Of a stretch of 64,000 bases of DNA, positions 41,995 to 54,200 are shown one piece after another; within the stretch, counting starts at the first letter, position 1; every line of letters starts with the position of its first letter. The stretch comes from Adineta vaga (taxonomy: Eukaryota > Animalia > Rotifera). The notes under the pieces are model-generated. The model was not told the DNA's origin. It saw nothing but the letters and a program-made list of their open reading frames with translations, and searched no databases. The stretch lies in assembly GCA_021613535.1 (NCBI GenBank), contig CP075494.1:5952001-6016000 (forward strand), given 5' to 3'. Position numbers and translations under genes: made by a program.

Positions 41995-42195
41995 TCAAAC
42001 TAAATCACGTCTCTTTTCAGTCAAAGCAGGCTGAGGAAACGGTTGTTCCCAACAGACTGTTCCAATAGTACATGGTGATGTACTACCATGACACATTGGC
42101 ATACGTACACACATGCGATAACTATCAGCAGTGATAAATAATTGAAAAATAAGTAAACTAAGAAAAAGACTAAACAGCAATAATAGACGATACAT
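41995..42195 (-). CDS. Small secreted 4-cysteine peptide precursor (66 aa)
   Basis: Hydrophobic signal peptide, C-x5-C-x6-C-x5-C core, KRR near the C-terminus. TATATAAG ~45 nt upstream and AATAAA (41926-41931) downstream on the same strand. Confidence 0.65.
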   Translation of the reverse strand: MYRLLLLFSLFLSLLIFQLFITADSYRMCVRMPMCHGSTSPCTIGTVCWEQPFPQPALTEKRRDLV

Positions 42196-42240
42196 CTTTT
42201 ATAACGATTGGATATAAAAGAAGAAAAAAAGTAATTCCTA

Positions 42241-42248
42241 CTTATATA
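42241..42248 (-). promoter_or_regulatory. Candidate TATA box of the small secreted peptide gene
   Basis: TATATAAG on the minus strand 46-53 nt upstream of the ATG. The AT-rich background lowers specificity. Confidence 0.4.
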
Positions 42249-43328
42249 AATACAGTACAATAAAATCAATAGAAACGAATGTATAATTAATAGTTATTTT
42301 TTATGTGAGTGAATCTTAAACATAGGGCATGTATTTAAACTGCGTAATCGAATCAATTATATTTTAGAGTTTAGATTATCATTACATCAGTGATTTTGTC
42401 GTTTGACAGAGAAAAACGAGTCAATAGAGAGGTTTTTATAATAAAAACGAGGATCGAAATGTGAATGTGAAAACTTATTTGATTTAGAATAGTATCTTTT
42501 GAACATTTACTTGACATTCTAAAAGAGATGAGCTAATATTAATCAATGTTTGTATTTGTCTACTACTTTATTCTTCTGTGTTTGCATGAAATTGTGTGTG
42601 TTGTTGTTGTTGTTCTTCTTCTTCTTCTTCTTGTCAAATATTTTTCTATAAAATCTTCTAGTGGTAATGAAAAGATAAAGTTTTTGTGACCTGATTTATA
42701 TTTTTAATTGAAATATTCCTTATGTGATGTTAATTAGTGCCATTGTTTCGTGAAAAATACATCAAGTTTATGTTCTCAAAAAAAAAAAAACATTAATATT
42801 CCCGTTGTTTTTCTGTCATTGATGATAAAAGTACTTCGAATAGTGTCATTATTTAAAGTAGTGTTGAATGGGATCTTCAACTTTGATCTTTCATAATAAA
42901 AAAGAAAAAAGATGGAAAGAAACTGATAATGTTTCATTTAATCGAAGTTAGACTAAAGAATAGATTTGTAGCATAATAGAAATATTATAGTAGAATCAAC
43001 TCATTGTGTCACGTTTTCTCTTTTCATTTCAAATATCCATTAATCAAAATTAGTTTTTCTTTCGAAACGACCTTCAAGGATCAGTTGACGCCAATAATGA
43101 TATAGAAAAATATAACAAAAAGAAACTTGTTTATCGCTAACATAACGTTGTCCAAATGAAACAAAAAGCTAATCAGTAGATTCTCGCTGGCCACGCAACC
43201 GGGCTGTTTGTTTTATTTTCTCTGTCATGAGATGCACACACACGAAAACAATGTACAATAAAGAAAGGAAAAAAAGAGAGGCAAGAGAACAAAAATAATA
43301 GTAGTAATCATAGTAGCAAACTAAATTA

Positions 43329-44484
43329 TTATCTTGCAGATGATGGAACAACCTGTGTAGTTAATCCAGTTGTGCTTGTCACCGTTAAATTTTGATGTAA
43401 ATGTAAATTCATTCCTAATACTGAGCGAACATCACGACAAAATCGTAATGCATCTAGAAATGGTAATAATGATAATAGACACGTATCTGTTGGATCAAAG
43501 AACCATGATTTAACTAAATAAATTACATGTATCAGTATTTAGAGAATATTCAAAAGGACATCTATTACATACTTGGTATTGCATTTAATGGATAAGATCG
43601 ATATGCAATAGGACTATTATCCAGAATAAATATTCGTGCAAGATCATTGTTAATCACAGCTAAATCTTTTGAATATGCGCCATATTCAAGTGTGCAATGT
43701 TGTCGAAAATATCGTCTTGATAGAATATTTCGATTATTATCTAATCTGTCAGTAACAGCAGCACCATAAATTTCCATTGATGCTGTGAATACTACAAGTT
43801 CATACCATTGGCTGACCTTAAATATAAAAATAAGAATAATTAGTTCTTTTTATTTCTCTAATAAGTTTTTACTGTTTCAAGAAAATAATCCACATGGGGA
43901 CGTTTGTAAACAAAAAATCGAACTGGATGTCTTTCAATTTCAACACGAACTATAAAATCAGGTGGTCCGGTTGGTTTGACTGTAACAACCCGTGTAAGGC
44001 CATCATGATGTGAATGAATTAAAGTTTCATCTAAATCTAACACCAAAATTTTCTTGGGAAGAAAATCTAAATAGAATAATAGTTCGTAGTTTAAATCCGA
44101 AAATCAGATACATACGTAATCGATGAAGTGATAACGGTTGGAGAGGACAATTATAATATTTAACAGACTGAAATTGAATCAGCTAAATGAAAAAGAATGA
44201 ATGTTTTGTGTCGATATGCCTTTATTGTTTATACGTACTTTTTTCTTTGATCCACGCAAAGAAACAAACATAAATGTCCAAACACCAAAAAGAAATCTTA
44301 ATAACCGTTTAAATAATAACAACAAATAGAAGAAGATTTTTGTATTTATTAAATAAATATAATCAAATGCACGTAGAAATAAACGAAACATGCTTATTGT
44401 ATGTCTTTCATTATTGGAGTTCAAATGATTATTTTGGTTGACTAATGATTGTTGCTGAACTCGAGTGACTGCAGATGATGGCAT
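43329..44484 (-). CDS. CTDNEP1: CTD nuclear envelope phosphatase 1 (Dullard/Nem1)
   Basis: N-terminal TM segment; [15 protein letters not shown] (HAD DxDxT); [19 protein letters not shown]; ILDNSP; [10 protein letters not shown]. Confidence 0.95.
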
Positions 44485-45027
44485 TATTTAAAAAATTTTA
44501 TTTAAATAAGAAATAATATCATGTTAAATCGCAAAAATAGAAAAATAAGAATGAACTTGACGAAAAAACATACCATAGTATACAGCTGAGAGACTAGTTA
44601 AATTAACCAATAAAAGCTGGACGAAATTGAATGGAGGTCGCCATATGACAATCAATGGTAAACAGGATACCAATGAGAAAGACAGATGTAAAAACCACAT
44701 CCACATACGGTGTAAGTTATATCAATCGGATAAACTTAATAGGATACTTCATGGAGTTGTTTATTCGTTGACATAATCAGATATATGAACGTTATTTTAT
44801 TTCCTTCATTTTCTAGATTTCCTTACATCATAGAAGAGATTATTTGTCCATTAGTAATTTTTTAAAAAGAAGTAAAGATGCCATTGAACACTCATCTTTC
44901 TCAATATTTTATTTATGCACAAATGTTGACACTATAGTTAAAAAATTTTTTTTTACTTTAGTTGTAATGAGACAAATTAAGAATATGAACTGCTTTGATT
45001 ATGTATCATAATACGAAATCGTTTTAG

Positions 45028-46005
45028 ATGACGACATCATCATCATCTCATTGGGTTGAATCACTTTTTCCTCCTCAATATTCTATTCGAGATTATCGTG
45101 CTACATTTCAGCCAGATCATCAACGTCTACGTCGTTATATCACTACATTATCTTCATTTGATGGTCCAACTTTAGCTGCCATTTATGAACAATCGTATCT
45201 ATTTACATTAATTCAACGTTTAGCTAAACAAGAAGAAGACGAACAATCGAAAAGTAAAACAAAAACACAAGCTAATCAAACGCAACCTATTGATTCTGTA
45301 CTTGATATTCGTCTCATTCGCGCCTATCTTGAAAAACACAAAGGAAAAGAAGAAAAACCCGACGAAATTGAAAATCTATGGACATCCGATGAAATTTCTA
45401 CGATTCGTTCAGCTTATATGAAAGTTCGTGATGATTATCTACGTGTTAAATCTGAAAACGACTATTATCGAAATCAAATGGAAACTCTACAAACTAAATT
45501 GAATGAAACAACTCAGATATATGAAAAACTTCGTGAAGAACATTTATCATTACAAAAGGTACATACACGTTGGACAATGCGAACGAATGCATCCGAACAA
45601 ATACTCGATGAACAACGTCGAGAAAATAAAGAACTTACAGAACATGTAGGAAAATTAACCGAACAAAACGAATTCTATCGTCAAAATCAATTACAAATGC
45701 AAAGTAGTCTACTCGAAAAACAAACACGTATGGAACATCTTGAAAGAAAAATGGATCATTATGATAAGACAATAAAAAATGAATGTGATCGTCGTATTGA
45801 TCTCGTTCAAAAACGTTCACAAACGGATAAAGAACGGTATAAAATTGAACAAAGTAAATTACAAACAAAACTAGACAAAGAACAAGATTTAAGAAGACAA
45901 AATTTACTTGCATTGGATCAATTAAGAAAACATGTTTCTTTAGCTCAGCCTCCGCAAGAAGATGACCAATCCTTATGTAACATTAAAAATGTCAAATATG
46001 TTTAA
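45028..46005 (+). CDS. Coiled-coil protein, CCDC160-like, single coding exon
   Basis: 325-aa ORF with a long E/K/Q/R heptad region. N-terminal HWVESLFPPQYS and C-terminal ALDQLRKH recall CCDC160 (from memory, unverified). Confidence 0.6.
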   Translation: MTTSSSSHWVESLFPPQYSIRDYRATFQPDHQRLRRYITTLSSFDGPTLAAIYEQSYLFTLIQRLAKQEEDEQSKSKTKTQANQTQPIDSVLDIRLIRAYLEKHKGKEEKPDEIENLWTSDEISTIRSAYMKVRDDYLRVKSENDYYRNQMETLQTKLNETTQIYEKLREEHLSLQKVHTRWTMRTNASEQILDEQRRENKELTEHVGKLTEQNEFYRQNQLQMQSSLLEKQTRMEHLERKMDHYDKTIKNECDRRIDLVQKRSQTDKERYKIEQSKLQTKLDKEQDLRRQNLLALDQLRKHVSLAQPPQEDDQSLCNIKNVKYV

Positions 46006-46475
46006 AATATTCTATTTCGTTTTTTTTACGTGATAATATTGAATGACTGAAACATCCAAAAACGTTTTTTTCCATGTTTGTCGTTAATATAATACTTTGT
46101 TAAATAAAATCATTTTTACGATAAAACATAAGTACAAAGCGTTGAATATTCTTTCATAATATATCAATGAATAATATCGTATTTTATTGATTAAAAAACA
46201 ATCATTCATATGTATACTTCACTTGTCATTTTATGATATTTTATTCATCCATAGATAAATTATATAAATGTCTGCAAACACTTGATTTTGGATTTTCACT
46301 CTCTTCTTCTCTCTTCCTCAGAACGATTTACATTCTTCATTTTTTTTCTTATCTCACTTTTCTTTTTTTGTTTCAACGTGATTGATAGCTGACAGTATAT
46401 CACGATTCTTCATATGTATATAAACTCGCAATAATAAAACTAAACTAACATATGATAGATTGTTCATTTTAGACC

Positions 46476-47146
46476 ATGTCACAACTTTCGGATAATCAGA
46501 CAAATAAAACAATCAAATGTGTCAGTGTAGGTGATGGTTGCGTTGGTAAAACATCGATGCTTATGTCATATACATCAAATACATTTCCACAGTCATATGT
46601 ACCTACAGTATTCGACAATTATTCTGTTACTATCATGATCAATAATGAACCTTATAAACTTGCTCTTTTCGACACTGCTGGTCAGAGTGGTAAGAGTCTT
46701 CGATGAAGAATATGATCATTATTTGTATCACTTTTTTTCAAGGTTATGAATTAATGCGGGAATTTTCTTATACGAACACTGATGTATTTCTTGTTTGCTT
46801 CAGTGTCATGTCTCCCGCATCATTTAACAATGCATTGAAAATATGGATCCATGAAATTCGTCATTCATCTTCATCAGCAGCACGTACAGCACCATTTCTT
46901 CTTGTTGGAACGAAAATTGATCTTCGTAATAGTGTAACTGATGTCGAATTATTAGCCAAATCAAAACAAAAACCGATCACACGTGAGCAAGGTGAACGTG
47001 CAGCAAAACAATATGGTGCATATGCATATATTGAATGTTCAGCATTAACACAAGAAAATCTTAAAGAAACATTCGACACCGCAATATTAGCTTCAATCAA
47101 TCTATTATCCAAAAAACGTTCGAAAATTTTATGTTGTTGCTCATAA
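46476..47146 (+). CDS. Rho-family GTPase, Cdc42/Rac-like, divergent switch II
   Basis: [37 protein letters not shown], polybasic + CCCS tail. Intron 46690-46742. Confidence 0.93.
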
Positions 47147-47470
47147 TATTTATTCATCTGGTCTACATCTCATAATTAGATAATATTTCTACATCAATTT
47201 GTCAATATGTTTTATCGCAAGTACTCATCTTCTTCTTTTTTTTAATTTTGTATATTTACGAAGACATTCTTCTGTTTTTCTTTCTTTCTTTCTTTCTTAA
47301 TGTTATTACTTTTTTTCTACTTTCCTTTTTAAAATATACAGACGCATATATTTATATATTCGATAGAGATATCACTTAATTTTCGATATCATTTGACGCT
47401 TGAGCGAACATAAAATACGAAGTATTAATCGATGAGAACACAGAAAGGTGCTATTCATTTCAAATCAGAC

Positions 47471-47944
47471 ATGGGACACAAGCAATCAACTCGAAGGAAA
47501 CAACAACAAGTTGTAGAAGACGTAATAATTGATAGAGATCAAAATACTACTCAATCAGTCGATTGTCTTAGCAAAGTAAAACGAATACCAATGAAATATT
47601 TCGGTGGTCAAGCTATTGAAAATGATGCATCAATGCATAAAATGCACCAGGATCTTCTATCATTTGATGATAAAGTAAAACAAGGTTGTTCTCCACGAAA
47701 AAAAAGAAGACGATCGAAAAAACAAACGAACATCGATGAATATGAATCTCAAGATGAACAATACTATGATCAAAATCCACAAGTTATCTCTGATGATGAA
47801 AATTATTCTTCACATATTTATGTCAATGTCAATCCACCAACAGATTATTCAACTTTTTCATGGTTATGTAGATATTGTGATGCAGAAAATCAATTAACGA
47901 CTATCAAATGTTATCAATGTGGAGAAATGGAAAATAGATTTTAA
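47471..47944 (+). CDS. Small protein with C-terminal RanBP2-type zinc finger and possible N-myristoylation
   Basis: WLCRYCDAENQLTTIKCYQCGE = W-x-C-x2-C-x3-N-x6-C-x2-C; MGHKQS start at 47471 (upstream ATG 47432 also possible); PRKKRRR basic NLS-like patch. Confidence 0.75.
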   Translation: MGHKQSTRRKQQQVVEDVIIDRDQNTTQSVDCLSKVKRIPMKYFGGQAIENDASMHKMHQDLLSFDDKVKQGCSPRKKRRRSKKQTNIDEYESQDEQYYDQNPQVISDDENYSSHIYVNVNPPTDYSTFSWLCRYCDAENQLTTIKCYQCGEMENRF

Positions 47945-48475
47945 TGTGTTGTTGTTGTTTTATTTTAAACTATAACTGATATATTCACTATAGGATTTGA
48001 ATTTGTCAATTATTTTCAATAAAATAAAGCAAATGTGATTCACTAAATAGAAAACGATTGACGACGAAATTGTTCGATTACATAAGAATCAATTTTAAGA
48101 ATTCTTAAAAGAAACAATATGGAAGCCAATAAAAATTCTATAAATAAATAGAATGCAGTCCATCATCACACCTTCATACAATAAGTACTTAGTTAAATAC
48201 TATCTTTACCTTGACATATCTACACATGAAAATTATTTAAATAAACCTTCATTATTTGACCTGAATTTTTAGGTAAACTATTTCATTACAATCAAAAGAG
48301 AATAATTTTGACAAATCTATCGTTAGTAGATATGAGGATCAAAGATATAATTTATTGATATTGTACTCGATTATTTGACATAGTTAAATCGTAAATGTAC
48401 TCTATCTTCTATTATCAAATCAAACGAACGTGTTTTTTTTTTCTAAATACCTTGTGTTATATGGAATGATGATAG

Positions 48476-48506
48476 AACGAACGAGCGAACGAACGAACGA
48501 ACGAAA
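48476..48506. repeat. (GAAC)n tetranucleotide repeat upstream of the Staufen-like gene
   Basis: Visible gaac run with one gagc interruption. Confidence 0.8.
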
Positions 48507-48776
48507 GAATTTCGTTTTTTTTTCTTTCTTTCTTTTACGTCGTTTATCATTTTATCACTTACTAGTCACACGCACTTTTCCTCTTGATTGTTAGTGATTC
48601 TTCTTCGTCATTCTTTTCATTGTTTATAAGGGTTCATCATCCGTCCGTCGATTAATATTAAAGAAGAAAAATAATATGCAATAAATAAAAGGAGAGAAAC
48701 TTTTCGTTCCCTCTTCATTTTCCTGTGTACATAATCCATCCATCCTACTATTATTATTATTATTATAATTTTAAAT

Positions 48777-50328
48777 ATGCAACAAGATTCACCTATAAAA
48801 GCTATTCAAGAGTTAGTCCGACGAAATAAAGTATGTTCAAATAGAAGAAAGTTTTTGTTTCGAAAGAAAATCGATTTGATTTCATTTAGATATTTGCTGA
48901 ATATCGATTTGAAAAAGAATCTGGTTTACCACATGCAAAAATGTATACTGTTCGACTTCATTTAGGTGATAAAGATTATATTGGTACTGATCGAACTCTT
49001 AAATTAGCACAACGAGCAGCAGCTCAAACAGCTCTTGATGATCATCGAAATCTACGATTAATAAATTCCTATGAACAAGATCTTTCACAAATCAATCGTA
49101 AGTTTTTCTCGATGAAAATTTTCTTAATTTACTTGCTTTTATTCAAGTACGTCAATCACCAACTGCCGCATTGCATGCATGGGCAACACGAAATCATATT
49201 CCAATTCATTATATTTTACTTAAAGAACAATTTCTTTCAACATCACCCAATCGTTCTCATATTCTTTTCCATTATCGACTTTATCTTGGACCTGATTTAT
49301 ATTTTGATGGGCATGGTTCATCACATCAACAAGCTCGTATTAATTGTGCATTGAATGCGTTTTATTTCTTACGTCAAACCCCTCAATCACCTCCGTCAAC
49401 ACCACAATCAAATTTTCCAACATCGCCAACGTCAAAAATCTCTCTCATGTATGAACGTGCCAAACAACTTGGTCTTTCTGTTCGTATGGAATTTATTGAT
49501 CAATTTACAGTCACATATTGTATTGGAGAGAAATATACTACTATTGGTAAAGGTTTTAATATCTATGCAGCTAAACAAGCAGCTGCAGAAAAAATGCTAA
49601 AAACGTTACCATTAATGAATATTCAATATAATAGTAATCCGATAACACGTGTTTATCAATTAGCTCAAGCTCGACAAGTTAAAGTTGAATTTATTCAGAT
49701 ATCAACTAAAGATAATTTCATATTTCAACTTAAATTTGGTGAGAATCTCCTTGTAGAAGGACAAGGTAAAACAAAACAATTAGCAAAACGAACTGCAGCA
49801 GAAATCTTATTGGATAAATTAGATCCTGCCATTGTTTTACCACCACCACCAACGAAAGGTCTACTTAAACGTGATGGAAATCATGAAAATTTACCTAAAC
49901 AAGAAAAAAAACATGTACATTTTGTTGAAGAAGTTATTCAAAAAGATGAACAAACATCACCTCGACAATCGTTTTCAAATATTTCCTTTTCAAATAAACA
50001 ACAATTAATGGAAACTTGTCAAAAATTACAAATTCATATTGAATATCTCGATGAAATGGTTTGTATAGCATTTCATCATTTTTTTTTCATTTGATGTATC
50101 TGTGTTTTTTAGAATCCAAATGAAAATTCTAATAGTTCACGTTTTCAATCAACTGTTAGTTTATCAACATCAAATCGTAATCTTGCACGATTTGTCGGTC
50201 ATGGCCCATCATTATTACGTGCACAAGAAAATGCATCATCAGCCGCTTGGAATAATTTTAAACAATTAATGAATGAATGTAATCAAGGTCCATTAAAATC
50301 GAAAAGAAAAGATATACTTAATCAATAA
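48777..50328 (+). CDS. Staufen-like dsRNA-binding protein with five dsRBD-like domains
   Basis: dsRBD1 SPIKAIQELVRRNK..ESGLPHAKMYTVRLHLG..LKLAQRAAA; dsRBD2 SPTAALH..GHGSSHQQAR; dsRBD3 SKISLMYE..AAKQAAAEKML; dsRBD4 NPITRVYQLAQA..GQGKTKQLAKRTAAE; RVxF-type KKHVHF; dsRBD5 GHGPSLLRAQENA. Confidence 0.82.
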
Positions 50329-51248
50329 ATATCTCTACAAGAACATCAATTTAAAAGAGAAAAGAACTTGTTTAATCTTAGTTTGTTTGTTTGTTTGTTT
50401 GTTGTGATATGTTTCTTTTTTTTTTTTGGTTCACAGTTTCAAAGCCGATTGAATGACTGTGTGTATGTGTGTGTAAGAAAACTTCCTAAGTTCTGATTGT
50501 TTACTATCCTCGCTTTTCATAACTGATTTATCTATTCGCTAAGTTTTTAAAATATAAAAACATAAGTTAAGAACAAAAAAAGGTTCGCTCAACAACTCTA
50601 TAATTCTTGAGGGTATTCATTAGAATTCGGAATTAATATCATTTCATCAATTGCTTGAAGCAAAAAATGATGTCTATTACGAAATGATTAAATACGATTA
50701 ATATCTTGGTCGATTTCATCTCATTTTATTGATCAGAGTGATGTTGCATATAATTGAAATAAATTAAATGTCAAAATAAGCTCGACATGTGTTTTTCCGT
50801 TTTTAATTGTTCCAGTTTAAACTTTATTTTTCTTATCTCTATCTCTTTTTGCTTTTATGATCAATCGTTAATAACAAAAAAAAGAAGTATGTTTCATCTT
50901 CCTATGAATCTCATCACAATTTCCAGGAAAGAGAAAAGAGAAATAAAAATAAATCCAATAGAGAGAGAGAGACAGGGAAAAAAGAAGAAGAAAGAATAAC
51001 ATATTTACAAGAGAAATAAAATTTTGTTTTATAGACAGATGTGCTGCGCGCATCGCATCGTACAAGAGACAAATAAAGAATAATAGTAATACAAAGAAAA
51101 GCACACACGCAAACCTGAGAAATAAACAAACAAAGAAACACACACACGCACACACATATACATGTATAAAGAAACCGGATCGAAAGAGAATAATACATAT
51201 GTATATATCTATTTATACTATTTTCGTTTTCCATGAAGACAAAAGAAC

Positions 51249-54200
51249 TTATTTGAATGTATTCGAACACGATCGAGATGTTAAACGAAAAAATTGAAGA
51301 TGTTTCGATAATGCTCCTTTTTTCATATTTGTATATTGTTGTAATTGTTTGGGAGAAACTGAACATGATGAACATCCATCGACTGATGATGATAAAGATG
51401 TGGAATATAATACCTGTGAATGTTGTTGTTGTTGTTGATTGTGTTGAGGTAAATGATTTGATACAGGATAATTTTTTGTAGTTAATAAACCATTCGTATG
51501 ATTATTATTATAATCACTCAATGTTGATGGTAAAGATTGTAAACAACACATAGAAGTCTTATCATTAAATTCATTTGGTGGTGTAGATATTTGACAGAAA
51601 TCATCACGATTATAAATAGTGTAAACAGTACATTTATCAAACATAGATAATAAACGCTCAACTTCTTTTCCTGAGCGACGAAGAACATCAATACCTTCAA
51701 TTGCATAAAGATATTCATTGATCTTTTAAAATAAGAAGAAGAAAAAACAACAATTGTATCGTTCAAGTATAATTTTCAACGATTCTTACACGAATGCCAG
51801 ATGTTGCTGCCGAACCGTATGGATCAATTCTTTCGACGTAACATGGTCCTTGACCTTGAAGAATTAATCCATAACCACGACGATCACGTTTAAGCTAAAT
51901 AAAATAGAAACAAATAAACAATTTCTTTTCCCTCTTGAAATAAATTCAATAACTTACTGAATAACTTCGCCAACACCATGGTAAATCTCGTCGTTCAAGT
52001 TCATCTGCAGTTGGACGATGTTCTAATATACAAAAGACAATACAGAAATGAATTTGAATAAAATAAGTTTCTACCTGAATTTGCAGGTGAATTAAGACTA
52101 GCTGATTTTTTTCGTCGAAATCCATCTGTAACACAAGTTAATTTTGTTGTACAATCAAGTTCATCACTATTAGATATTTTTCGATTTGATTCATCGCCCA
52201 TTATTGAACTATTACTACTCGATGTTCGATTTGTTTCATGTAGTAAGGGAGATCTTATTAACGATTGTCTCATATCAGTTATATCATTTTGCATAAGAGC
52301 GATCAAATCAAGACGTTGTTTTGGTGTTAAACGATGAGAATTACTGAGCATATATTGATGACGATCATCACTACGAAATTTTCTTGAACAATTACATTCC
52401 GATTCTCGATCACATTCATCTAAGATAGAATAAATCACATTTTAAACAATAAATATTCAATGAAATTTCGTCTTACTAAATCGAACAAGACCACAGGAAA
52501 TCATATCATCAACAAGTCGTTCAATATGTAACATATTTGCACCACTACGTAATGCAAGCATTCGAGCTAAATTATCACCTTTAAGTAAGATTCCAGATTT
52601 TTCTTCATATGGATTAGTTAAAATTGATTGTTGTTGTAAATCAACTCCTCGACATTGACTTTTATCGAGTGTAAATAAACTAATGAAATACAGAACACAA
52701 GTTTTCAAAAAAAAAGAAACATTCACTAAGAAAAATGTCAACAAACCTTGTATAAGCATCATAAATGGAAGCAAATTGTTGAAATGAACGATTTTGATCT
52801 GCTGTACCATCGTCAAGACGAAATCGATATAGATATCGTACATTATTTTGTGATGATGTTGATGAAGGACATTCAAAGTCATTTAAATCGCAAACTAAAA
52901 TGAGAAATAAATTCAATTGTCGAATACATTAGAGACCCACGCATCTATTTCCTCCGTTTTTACTCAATTCGACAAGTAACAACTAGTTGATGTATGTTAT
53001 TTTGTAATACACTGATGACATAAACACTAGTTCTGTCAATATATCTATTACTTTTGACAGCATAACACTGTCCTTTGTATCACGTACTTAGTTGCCTTTG
53101 TCGTTCTCTAAGGACATAAAATACATAATTTCCTTTCAATTTTACTGACTATTCTATCGTCGTCTTCATACATATGCATGTATGTACTTCATGCACTTCA
53201 TCTTTTTCTGAAAAAGAAAACTATATAATAGATTTCATTTCTTTGATAATTGATATTCAAAATGCCGTATGTTCTTCTCATGTTACTACACCAATGGTAT
53301 TTTCCTCCTTCTCGCTGACTCATCGTCACGGCGAGTTCATCAAGTACGATTTATGAATACATGATCAACCTTGAAATGTACGGTGATCTCTTTAGTTAGA
53401 AAAGAAAATTTGCTTTTGTGTCTCTTTTATCTCTAAAAGGTTGCAAGAACAATACATTTCTTTTTCTTTATTCGATATGAATTCAATTAATATGAAGATA
53501 TTTCTTCTGGATCGAAGCCAATGAAAACAAATCGATAGTAAATGACTTACCATGATGAATAATTTTCAATTTTTCAAGAACTTGAAAGATTTCTAAACCA
53601 TCATCGATTGTTTTACATAATTGTTTTTTAATTAACCAATGGATAGTTTCATAAGAATGAAAACAATTATGAAATAACGAATAAAAATTATTTGTATTGT
53701 TATTTTCATCATTAAAATATGCAGGATAAGATGAATAAATTAATTTGTCTTCTTTCATTCGTTGTCTACATGAATAGGTTAAATCAATAAATATAAAGAA
53801 AAAACCAAAAATCAAAAATCTTACCTCAAATGTAATGCTGAAGTATATAAATCAACAAAATATTTGATATCATTATGTTGATTAATTAATTCATCCAGAC
53901 GGTGATGATTATCATCATTCGGAGACATTTTGTCTTCACTGATACCAATTTGACACATAGAATTAGTTCTTGAGCAACTTTTCAATGCTAAAAATAAAAC
54001 ATAGGCCGATCTAGAAAGATGTTTCTTTTTTATGTAAGCAAAAGAAACGATTCTCATACGTTTTTCTTTTCTCTTTCCGCTTCGAACTAAAAAAGGAAGA
54101 GAATAAGAAAAAGAAAAACAACAAACCGATCAATTCTATCTCTTCCTTTTCCTTTCTCTCATACACATTCATTCGATAGTTGTCTTGACGTAATAAAGAA

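Noticed and set aside
50787-51375. Overlapping Cys/Phe-rich ORFs between the Staufen-like and DEPTOR-like genes
   Set aside because: Arise from (GT)n/(CT)n and T-rich 3'-UTR sequence of converging genes.
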